Assembly (NCBI GenBank): GCA_036478295.1
Contig: JAZGDW010000214.1
Location: 1 to 41,474 of the forward strand
DNA: 41,474 bases
From: Candidatus Krumholzibacteriia bacterium
GTDB lineage: Bacteria > Krumholzibacteriota > Krumholzibacteriia > WVZY01
Reading direction: 5' to 3'
Shown: piece by piece, positions 18,531-26,408 of the stretch
How the letters are laid out: the number at the start of each line of letters is the position of its first letter
Position numbering within the stretch: the stretch's first letter is position 1
The notes under the pieces: model-generated
The model's database searches: none
What the model was told of the DNA's origin: nothing
The model's input: only the letters and a program-made list of their open reading frames with translations
Made by a program: the position numbers and the translations under genes

Positions 18531-19433
18531 TTGTCGTCTACCGCACCAGCCGGACACACCGCCCCAATCCCCCGGCTACGCAAGAGCGCGCTCATGTCGG
18601 GCAATGAGGCCATCGCACGCGGCGCGTGGGAGGCCGGCGTCCACTACGCCACCGGCTATCCCGGTACGCCGAGTACCGAGATACTCGAGAACATTTCCAC
18701 TTATTCGAGCATACAGTGCGAATGGTCCACCAACGAAAAGGTCGCTCTCGACATCGGCATGGGGATCTCGCTGTCCGGCAAGCGCGCGCTGGTAACGATG
18801 AAGCATGTCGGGCTCAACGTCGCCTGCGACTCGTTCATGGTGCTTGCCTACTCCGGTTGCATCGGCGGGCTCGTCGTCGTGTCGGCGGATGACCCCGGCA
18901 TGCACTCATCGCAAAACGAGCAGGACAACCGTTATTTTGCGAAGTTCGCCAAGGTGCCGTTGCTCGAACCGGTAGACCCGCAGGAGGCGAAGGACTTCGT
19001 GGCAATCGCCTTCGAAATGTCCGAGCGGTTCGAGACACCCGTGCTGCTCCGCACGACCACCCGGATTTCACACACCAAGGGCGTGGTCCAGCTCGGTGCG
19101 CGAAGCGTGGGGCCGCCGTTGCGTTACGAGACCGATATCCCCCGCTTTCTCGTGCCACCGTTCGCCCGCAAGCGGCGGCCGACGGTCGAAGCTCGAGTAA
19201 AGCGGTTGCAGGGATTCAGCGAGTCCTTCGAGTTCAACCGCGTCGAAGAGGGAGAAGCGCATACCGCCGTCATCGCGAGTGGAGTGGCCTACCAGTACGC
19301 CCGCGAAGTCTTGCCCGATGCGACGTATTTGCGTATTGGCATGGCGTTCCCGTTCCCGGTCGAGAAGGCGCACGACTTTTGCGAGCGTTTCGAGACCGTC
19401 CATGTTATCGAGGAAGGCGAGCCGGGAAGCTGA
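18531..19433 (+). pseudogene. iorA: indolepyruvate:ferredoxin oxidoreductase alpha subunit, C-terminally truncated
   Basis: GNEAIARG, YPGTPSTEI, NEKVA, MKHVGLNVA.D and ADDPGMHSSQNEQD; stops at VIEEGEPGS after 300 aa, lacking the TPP-binding and ferredoxin domains; no iorB follows. Confidence 0.75.
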
Positions 19434-19630
19434 CCGCCTTGTCATCCGGCCACACAAGTCCAAAGCGCGGACCTTGTTGGCTTGCTAGTTGCTTTTAATG
19501 CCCCAAGACCGTGAGTGCCACAGCCTGCCCCGCAGTGTTGCCAGGGGGCTGCCACGGACGAAACGTGTTAACTGGCTATTTCTGAGTGGCTCACCTGGCA
19601 AGGAAATCCCGCCTTATCATGGAGGAAATT

Positions 19631-20341
19631 ATGACCCAGCCGAAGATTGCCACTCTATTATCGCGTTTTGCAGTGGTCTGCATTGCGCTGTTGCTGGCAG
19701 CCTGCAGCAGTTCCGATACTCCGACCCAGCCGATTATCACCAATCCAGGGGGCACCGGGTCGATGACGCTCCAGGTGGATGCGGACGCCCTGGGGGCCGA
19801 CGACGGCCCAGGCGGCACTTTCATCACCGATTTTAGCGTTACCGTTAGTGATACGCTGGGCGTACCCGTTACGGGCGCGACCGTTGCCGTGCAGACGCCC
19901 TACGGCACCGTCACATTGATAGAGGCAGGCACCGCCGGAACCTACAACGCCCAGACACAGACCTACCAACCGGGCGTGTACTCGGTGAGCGTCGTGCGTG
20001 GACCGGACAACGTAACTGGAGTCACCGTGATTGGCCCCGAGATTCACACGATTACGTTTCCCACAGCGCAGTCGGCGATCGCCATGGACCAGCCGATCGA
20101 TGTTCGCTGGTCCCGTTCGACAGCCGCACAGGAATCACGTGTGGAAACGAGGGACTACACGGGCAACTGGGTCATGTCTGACACCGGTTTCTCGACCGTG
20201 CCGGCTTCCGGCAACCCGCCCCGCACCGACCAGCGTTTCCGGGTGAAGCGAGCCAACCGGCAGGCGGCGAGCGGCGGACTCGCGGGCTCCGATTTCCGGG
20301 TGCGGATTCGCACCGAGGTCGAGCCGGTCGTGTCCCAGTAG
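19631..20341 (+). CDS. hypothetical lipoprotein (Ig/beta-sandwich-like, Thr/Gly-rich)
   Basis: LLLAACSS lipobox; RBS GGAGGA at 19621. Confidence 0.75.
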   Translation: MTQPKIATLLSRFAVVCIALLLAACSSSDTPTQPIITNPGGTGSMTLQVDADALGADDGPGGTFITDFSVTVSDTLGVPVTGATVAVQTPYGTVTLIEAGTAGTYNAQTQTYQPGVYSVSVVRGPDNVTGVTVIGPEIHTITFPTAQSAIAMDQPIDVRWSRSTAAQESRVETRDYTGNWVMSDTGFSTVPASGNPPRTDQRFRVKRANRQAASGGLAGSDFRVRIRTEVEPVVSQ

Positions 20342-20349
20342 AGATCAAG

Positions 20350-20395
20350 ACACCCCTCTGGCCTGGACCCCTGCCAGGCCGGGGGGTGTTGCTTT
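20350..20395. terminator. GC-rich hairpin / probable terminator between convergent genes
   Basis: ACACCCCtctGGCCTGG-loop-CCAGGCCggGGGGTGT followed by TGCTTT. Confidence 0.55.
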
Positions 20396-20435
20396 ACCCC
20401 GCTTTCTAGACCCACACACGTCGATAATCTTCGAT

Positions 20436-21308
20436 CTACAACTTATCGGGCTCCGTGTGCACGACGACGTCGACGATCTTCAGGTGAGACTCGGATAACC
20501 GATCGGCCACATCGTGCGCTATCTCGTGTCCACGACGCACGGTAATCGCACCGTCCACGATGACGTGAATATCCATCAGCAGGCCCAGTCCGCTCTTGCG
20601 GATACGACATTTCTCGATGGCGACCACGCCGTCGACCGCTCCGGCAATGCTTCGGACCTCGCTCTCGACGCCCGACGGAACGGCGGCGTCCATCACCTCA
20701 TCGACCGCCGGCCGCAACAGGCGGATGCCGTTGTAGAAGATGACCACGCAGGCGACGAGCGCCGCCCAGTCATCGGCGGTCTCGTACCCCCTGCCACCGA
20801 TCAATGCGATGGAAATGCCGACGAAGGCGACCGACGACGTGATGGCATCGGAGCGGTGATGCCAGCTGTCGACTTTGAGAGAGTGGCTGCCGAGCGCGTC
20901 CCCGGCTTTGGAGAGAACCCGGTACATGGTCTCCTTGATAACGACCACGGCCACGAGAACGAGCAGCGTGTACCAGGCGGGGGCGTGGTGGGGCATAAAG
21001 ATTTCCCGCACACTCTGCACGGCAATAATGAGTCCCGCGACGAGCAACGACAGGGCCACAAGGACCGCCGCAAAGGACTCCGCCTTGCCGTGTCCGTATG
21101 GATGCGTGCGGTCCGGCGGTATCGCTGCAATGCGCAGGCCGCTCCACACGATGAGCGAAGAGACGATGTCGATCGTTGATTCGATCCCGTCGGCGATGAG
21201 GGCGTAGGAATTCCCGATGACCCCGGTCGTAATCTTGGTCACCGCCAGGACGACGTTGACCGCAATAGAAGCCCCGGAAAGTCGCAGACCCCGGCCCAGC
21301 AGTGTCAT
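20436..21308 (-). CDS. cation diffusion facilitator (FieF-like) transporter
   Basis: S.ALIADGIES..D, PPD..HPYGHGKAE, HHRSD and HEIAH...VVVHTEP motifs. Confidence 0.92.
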   Translation of the reverse strand: MTLLGRGLRLSGASIAVNVVLAVTKITTGVIGNSYALIADGIESTIDIVSSLIVWSGLRIAAIPPDRTHPYGHGKAESFAAVLVALSLLVAGLIIAVQSVREIFMPHHAPAWYTLLVLVAVVVIKETMYRVLSKAGDALGSHSLKVDSWHHRSDAITSSVAFVGISIALIGGRGYETADDWAALVACVVIFYNGIRLLRPAVDEVMDAAVPSGVESEVRSIAGAVDGVVAIEKCRIRKSGLGLLMDIHVIVDGAITVRRGHEIAHDVADRLSESHLKIVDVVVHTEPDKL

Positions 21309-21445
21309 TCCACAAACCCCGCGTGCACGCTGGGGTTTCCATCGGTGATTTTTAACATTCTTTTGAGCTCATTGAAGGTTAGTGACTTGTGAACGGACAG
21401 GGCACTGACAATCCCGAGACGGACCGGCTCGTGAGTTCGCCTCAG

Positions 21446-21499
21446 CTCAAGTCGCGTGCCAGACTCAAGTCGCGTGCCAGACTCAAGTCACTTGCCAGA
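21446..21499. repeat. 3 x 18-bp tandem repeat overlapping the DUF2938 stop codon
   Basis: CTCAAGTCGCGTGCCAGA x2 plus CTCAAGTCACTTGCCAGA. Confidence 0.9.
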
Positions 21500-21989
21500 G
21501 TTGCGAGGTCACATTCAATACTATTCCCAATCCAAGCCCATAGATGGAATGCTCGACCGCTGGAGAGAGCAGAGGCCTCACGTTTCCGAGCGACCTGGCA
21601 CCAAAAGGACCCCACCCAAAACCGGGAAAGAGAATGAGCCACGGTAAGAGGCCAGTCACGAGTCCCCAGATGAGGCCGGGAATCAGGTTATTGCCTGGCA
21701 TTGCAATATTGAAACCGAGGAAAATGGCGGGATAGGTAAGCGCCACCACACCACCGGTGACGTAGTGAAAGGCCCATCCAACGGCCTTCTCATTCTTGAC
21801 GGTGGCGGATTCTTTTATGTTCTCGTGTACAAATTGTCCATGGAGGAAGCCCAAAAGCCATCGCCCGACGGCCGCGCTTCCTCCTCAGCCACCCCAGGTA
21901 ATCTTCAGCTTGCCGGCAATCCCCCCGACGACGTCCATCATGACGGTGCCGACCAGCCCGCCCACCAGCGCCCAGTAGAATAATTCCAT
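21483..21989 (-). CDS. DUF2938-like membrane protein, candidate selenoprotein (in-frame TGA at codon 35)
   Basis: AGGAGGA RBS and ATG at 21989 give MELFYWALVGGLVGTVMMDVVGGIAGKLKITWGG-(TGA 21887-21885)-GGSAAVGRWLLGFLHGQFVH...GWAFHY..G...PWLILFPGFGWG....H..YGLG. DUF2938-like motifs (G..GT..MD; VGRW; GW..HY) lie on both sides of the TGA in one frame. Confidence 0.75.
21842..21884 (-). promoter_or_regulatory. putative bacterial SECIS element
   Basis: Immediately 3' of the UGA: 9-bp perfect stem GGAGGAAGC/GCUUCCUCC, internal loop, 6-bp upper stem GCCGUC/GAUGGC, apical loop GGGC starting 18 nt after the UGA. Confidence 0.65.
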
Positions 21990-22248
21990 GGGATTCCTCC
22001 TGGCCTACATTCCTCAGACAAAACCCTCCCCCAAGAGACCACCCCACCCGACTCGGGCAAGTATACCCGATTTGGTCCTCCCGCACCGCTTCCCTTTGAT
22101 TGCCACACCCTGGAGCGAGGAACCGATCACAAAGGTTTGTGGGCGTGGATCTGACGGCTCGGCCCGGGAGGATGTATCGCCCCATGTCAAGAACCGCACA
22201 AAAACACGCCAGTCGTCGTTTCGGTTTTTTCTGTCCTGCCGTCACCGG

Positions 22249-22710
22249 TTACTCGCGCGCGTAGTAGACGAACCCCTCCTGACCCATCATGTTGCCCGCG
22301 TCGTCGAGCACATCGACCGTCCATTTTCCCGTCCACTCGGGCACCAGGTTCTTGCTCGAGTGTACGCGCCAGCGCGGACCGCCGACGGCAAAGGGAACCT
22401 CGGCCTTGTTCTCTCCCCCGTACATCCACCGGTGCGTGACAGTTCTTCCTTCCATGCCCATGATCTCGGTAAAAAAGAACACGCGGGTCGAGTCGGTGGC
22501 CAGCGAATCGATTTCGTCCACCGGCTCGCGATCGATCACGCCGCTCGTGAAAACGGCCCGCTTGAGGCTACCGGCCGGCGCCGCCGGCGCCGCCGCCACG
22601 GAGGTGTCCGCTTCACCCTGAGGGGAAATCAGGGGCAGTACCACATCCGCGCCCGCCACCATCCAGCACGCCATGATGGCCAACACAACCAGCGCTTTCG
22701 TCTTGAACAT
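22249..22710 (-). CDS. DUF2914 domain secreted protein
   Basis: Signal peptide; FTSGVIDREPVD, FFTEI.G..G.TVTHRW, GPRWR..SSK.L...W.G.W.VDV. Confidence 0.85.
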   Translation of the reverse strand: MFKTKALVVLAIMACWMVAGADVVLPLISPQGEADTSVAAAPAAPAGSLKRAVFTSGVIDREPVDEIDSLATDSTRVFFFTEIMGMEGRTVTHRWMYGGENKAEVPFAVGGPRWRVHSSKNLVPEWTGKWTVDVLDDAGNMMGQEGFVYYARE

Positions 22711-22794
22711 ACACGAACCTCCTTGCTCGCGGCCGCGCCCAGCGGCTCGGTTAAACTACTAAACCACAAAAACACGTTACTGCCGGCACCGCTG

Positions 22795-23376
22795 TCAATC
22801 GACGGGCCGGTTGCGGTTCACCACATCCTCCCAGCCGTCCGGGGGAGCGATGGCGACGGTCTCGATCTTGTCGAGGAAATCCTGCATCTTGAGTCGGTCG
22901 TTATCGATCTCGGTGGATAAGACGGACCGAAGCGAGCCGTGGTAAACGCCGAAGAGCGGCTCGAAACCTTTCTCCGTGCGGAAGACGACGGCCTTCGCGC
23001 CGGGCGGCGCCCCGGAGCGTTCTGCGAGCAGCGTGTGGATCCACTCGGGCCGGATCCCAATGCAGTCGCACGCGGTGACGAATACCCAGCCGTCCGGGCC
23101 GTTGTCGTCGACGGCCGTCAACAACCCGCCGATGGGGCCCTTTTCGGGCACGATATCACCGACGGTTTTCAAGCCCAGGTCCGAGTACCGCCCGTCGCGA
23201 TCCGCGACAACGGTCACGCTCTCGGCGACGCCCGCGAGCGCATCGGCCAGGCGAACGACGGCGGGTGTTCCCTCGATCGGCGCGCGCGCCTTGTCGCTGC
23301 CGAAGCGGCGGCTCTTGCCGCCGGCGAGGATATACACGGGGATCCGCGCGCTGCTATCGTGACCCTGGCCGGTCAT
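22795..23376 (-). CDS. mobA: molybdenum cofactor guanylyltransferase
   Basis: ILAGGKSRRFGSDKA, GPIGG, TACD and EPLFGVY motifs; downstream of napAB. Confidence 0.9.
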   Translation of the reverse strand: MTGQGHDSSARIPVYILAGGKSRRFGSDKARAPIEGTPAVVRLADALAGVAESVTVVADRDGRYSDLGLKTVGDIVPEKGPIGGLLTAVDDNGPDGWVFVTACDCIGIRPEWIHTLLAERSGAPPGAKAVVFRTEKGFEPLFGVYHGSLRSVLSTEIDNDRLKMQDFLDKIETVAIAPPDGWEDVVNRNRPVD

Positions 23377-23422
23377 CCGGTTTCGCACTTCCTTTCGCCG
23401 GGCGCTACCGTAAACGCCGCGC

Positions 23423-23857
23423 TTACTTCTTGCCCGTGGGCACCCCGGCCACCTCGGCCTGCGGCACATGACACTGCAGGCAGTTGTAACGAACCCCGGT
23501 CACTCCGTCACTCGTCCTGGCACCGGTGTGCTCGTTGACGAAGTGCGACGGCGGCACGGCGGTTGCGACGTGTCCTTCCGCCACTTCGTCACCCTCGAGG
23601 TGGCAATCGAGGCAGTCGTTGGTCGTACGATCGATCACCAGTCCCACAACACTGTGCGGGACCACGGGCGGCGCACCCGCGTAGGCGCGTGGCAGCACGC
23701 TCGTCTCGCCGGGATCCGCCGAGGGGTAGGTGTTCATGCCCGGCTGTCCCGTCGCCAGGCCGGCCGCACCATAGTTGGTACCGGGTCCGGACTGGCAGGC
23801 GAACACGACAAGGAGGCTCAGCATGACGATGGCTACCATCCATTTGTGACGCTTCAT
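23423..23857 (-). CDS. napB: periplasmic nitrate reductase diheme cytochrome c subunit (possible lipoprotein)
   Basis: RAY.GAPPVVPH, CLDCH, PPSHF and RYNCLQCHVPQ; N-terminal LVVFAC lipobox. Confidence 0.88.
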   Translation of the reverse strand: MKRHKWMVAIVMLSLLVVFACQSGPGTNYGAAGLATGQPGMNTYPSADPGETSVLPRAYAGAPPVVPHSVVGLVIDRTTNDCLDCHLEGDEVAEGHVATAVPPSHFVNEHTGARTSDGVTGVRYNCLQCHVPQAEVAGVPTGKK

Positions 23858-23868
23858 AACATGCCTCC

Positions 23869-26268
23869 TTATGCAACCCTCGCGATGCTCACTGCGCATT
23901 TCTTGTAGTCGGTCTGCTTGGATATCGGGCAGAACGCATCCAGTGTGACGTTGTTTATCATCACGTCCTCGTCGAACCAGGGGACGTAGACCATGCCCTT
24001 CTGCGGGGTGACCCGTCCGCCGATTTCGACATGCAGATCGACGTGACCTCGTCTCGATGCGATCCGCACCTTGTCACCGTTCTTGAAACCCAGCCGCGCC
24101 GCATCATCGGGGTGCAGGGTGGCCGTGGCGTGAGGATACGCCCGCGCGAGGTTTTTCACCCTGCGCGTCATGGTACCGGAATGCCAGTGCTCCATTACCC
24201 GGCCCGTGCACAGCCACAAGGGATATTTCGCGTCCGGCATCTCGGGGGGATCCTCGTACGGCCGAAACCAGATCGTCGCCCTGTCGTCCTGTTTCTTGTT
24301 GCCGTAAAACTGGAATCCGCGGCCCTTCTCCACATACGGGTCGTACCCTTCGCGGTAGCGGATGAGCGTCTCCTTGCCATCAACGACGGGCCACCTCAAA
24401 CCCCGCGTTTCGTGATAGCGGTCGAAAGGCGTGAGGTCGTGCGCGTGACCGAGGCCAAACTTGCGATACTCCTCCCACAAGGCCTTCTCCATATAGAAGC
24501 CCGCCGTGACACTGGCATCCGATGCCTTGTGGCCGGCGGGAATCGCGTAATCGGTCGCGGGGTACTCGAAGAGCTTGCCGTGGCCCATGCGCTTGGCGAA
24601 CTCGATGATCTGCCACAGATCGGACCTGGACTCACCCGGCGCATCGACCATCTGTTTCCAGAAGTGCGTGCGGCGTTCCGCGTTGCCGAACGAGCCTTCC
24701 TTCTCCACCCACATGGCGGTGGGCAGCACGATGTCGGCCACCTCGGTGGACCGCGTGGGGTAGACGTCCGACACAACGACGAAGCGTCCCTCCTTGAGCG
24801 CGCCGTCGCGGTAGCGGTTGAGGTTCGCGTAATCCTGGAACGGATTGGCCGTCGTCGACCAGAAGAACTTCACGTCTCCCCGATCCAGGGCACGCACCAT
24901 CTCCACCGCGTGATAGGTTGGTTTGTCCGGAATGGTTCCGGCCGGCAAACCCCATATCTTCTCCGCCACCTCCCGGTGCTTCGAGTTCCCCACCACCATA
25001 TCGGCGGGCAGGCGGTGGGTAAACGTGCCGACCTCGCGGCAGGTGCCGCACGCACTCGGCTGGCCGGTCAGTGAATACGGATGGTTGCCGGGTTCGCTGA
25101 TCTTGCCGGTCAGCAGGTGCAGGTTGTTGATGAGGTTGTTCATCCACGTGCCGCGCGTGTGCTGGTTGACCCCCATGGTCCAGAACGACATCACTTTGAT
25201 ATTGGGGTCGCCGTAGATCCCGGCCAGGTATTCCAGGTCCGCCGGCGACACGCCGCTGATTTCCGCCACGCGCTCCGGCGTGTAATGCGCAACGGATTCC
25301 TTGAACGCGTCGAACTCGATGACCTCCGCCTTTTCCTTGAACACGGACTTGTCTTCGAGGCCGTAGCCGATGTTCTCCCTGCCCTTCTTGAAGAGCGCAT
25401 GTTTGCTCAGGAACTTCTCGTTGATCTGTCCCTTCTGGATGAGCAGGTTGGCGATACCGTTGGCGATGGCCAGGTCCGACTGCGGTTTGAAGATGATTTC
25501 TTTCTCCGCCACCTCCGACGAGCGGGTAGACATCGTCGTCAGGTTGACGAGCCGTGCGCCCGTGCTGGCGAGAAGCCGGTTGGTCATTTTGGAATGCAGG
25601 ATGGGATGCATTTCCGCGGTGTTGGCCCCCCATAGTATAAAGGCATCGCAATGGTCGAAGTCCTCGTACGTCCCCATGGGCTCGTCCATGCCGAACGTGG
25701 TCATGAAGCCCGCCACCGCGCTCGCCATGCAATGGCGAGCGTTGACCTCGAGGCTATTCGACCGCAGTCCTCCCTTCCACAACTTCGCCGCCGCGTATCC
25801 TTCCCATATCGTCCACTGCCCGGAACCGAACATCGATACCGCCGCCGGGCCTTTTTCCTCGATCGCCCGCTTCGCCATGGTCGCCATCAGGTCCAGCGCG
25901 TCGTCCCACGAGGCTTTCTCGAGCTTGCCGCGTTTGTCGTAGCGGCCGTTTCGCATCCGAATCAGCGGCACGGTCAGCCGGTCCGTGCCGTACTGGATGA
26001 ACGGCAGCGCGTAGCCTTTGACACACAGCGTCCCCTGGTTCACGGAAGATTCGGGATCGCCTTTGACCGCCATTATCTTGCCGCCGCTCACGCCGACCAT
26101 CACCGAGCAACCCGTTCCGCAAAACCGGCAGGGCGCCTTGTCCCATACGAGGTCCGTCTCCGGGTTACCGGCGAAACTTTCGAAGGGATTGAGATAGATG
26201 CCGCTCCCCGACACGAGGAGCGTACACGCACACTGTCTGATGAAATCTCTCCTCGACAGCGGTTTCAT
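23869..26268 (-). CDS. napA: periplasmic nitrate reductase catalytic subunit
   Basis: Tat signal SRRDF; CRFCGTGC..LCVKG 4Fe-4S motif; NARHCMASA; SLTGQPSACGT; C-terminal CPISKQTDYKKCAV. Confidence 0.96.
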   Translation of the reverse strand: MKPLSRRDFIRQCACTLLVSGSGIYLNPFESFAGNPETDLVWDKAPCRFCGTGCSVMVGVSGGKIMAVKGDPESSVNQGTLCVKGYALPFIQYGTDRLTVPLIRMRNGRYDKRGKLEKASWDDALDLMATMAKRAIEEKGPAAVSMFGSGQWTIWEGYAAAKLWKGGLRSNSLEVNARHCMASAVAGFMTTFGMDEPMGTYEDFDHCDAFILWGANTAEMHPILHSKMTNRLLASTGARLVNLTTMSTRSSEVAEKEIIFKPQSDLAIANGIANLLIQKGQINEKFLSKHALFKKGRENIGYGLEDKSVFKEKAEVIEFDAFKESVAHYTPERVAEISGVSPADLEYLAGIYGDPNIKVMSFWTMGVNQHTRGTWMNNLINNLHLLTGKISEPGNHPYSLTGQPSACGTCREVGTFTHRLPADMVVGNSKHREVAEKIWGLPAGTIPDKPTYHAVEMVRALDRGDVKFFWSTTANPFQDYANLNRYRDGALKEGRFVVVSDVYPTRSTEVADIVLPTAMWVEKEGSFGNAERRTHFWKQMVDAPGESRSDLWQIIEFAKRMGHGKLFEYPATDYAIPAGHKASDASVTAGFYMEKALWEEYRKFGLGHAHDLTPFDRYHETRGLRWPVVDGKETLIRYREGYDPYVEKGRGFQFYGNKKQDDRATIWFRPYEDPPEMPDAKYPLWLCTGRVMEHWHSGTMTRRVKNLARAYPHATATLHPDDAARLGFKNGDKVRIASRRGHVDLHVEIGGRVTPQKGMVYVPWFDEDVMINNVTLDAFCPISKQTDYKKCAVSIARVA

Positions 26269-26408
26269 GCCCGCCTCTCCTTTCTTGCACAACGGCAAAC
26301 GTACGCCTTTGACGCAATCATCGATTTCCGCGACTAACTGTAGCGGGCAAAGCAGGACCCGTCAAGAAACGGTGCGCCGATTCGCGGGGAGTTGACAAGA
26401 ATCATGAC

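Noticed and set aside
19431..19520. Sec read-through of the iorA TGA
   Set aside because: Translation beyond the TGA is not IorA-like, soon hits another stop, and the position is not a Cys site
21446..21499. CRISPR array
   Set aside because: The 18-bp units are contiguous with no spacers, and there are no cas genes
21885..21887. Genome-wide UGA reassignment (genetic code 4 or 25) as the explanation of the internal TGA
   Set aside because: Other genes here (lysA, sigZ, the cytochrome, AAC(3)) end at TGA at the expected family length, so UGA is normally a stop
22060..22130. Cobalamin-riboswitch-like words (GGTTCC...AAAGGGAAGCGGTGCG) upstream of the DUF2938 gene
   Set aside because: The following AATCC and the B12-box (GCCCCCGCAACTGT-like) elements are absent; not supportable without an Rfam scan
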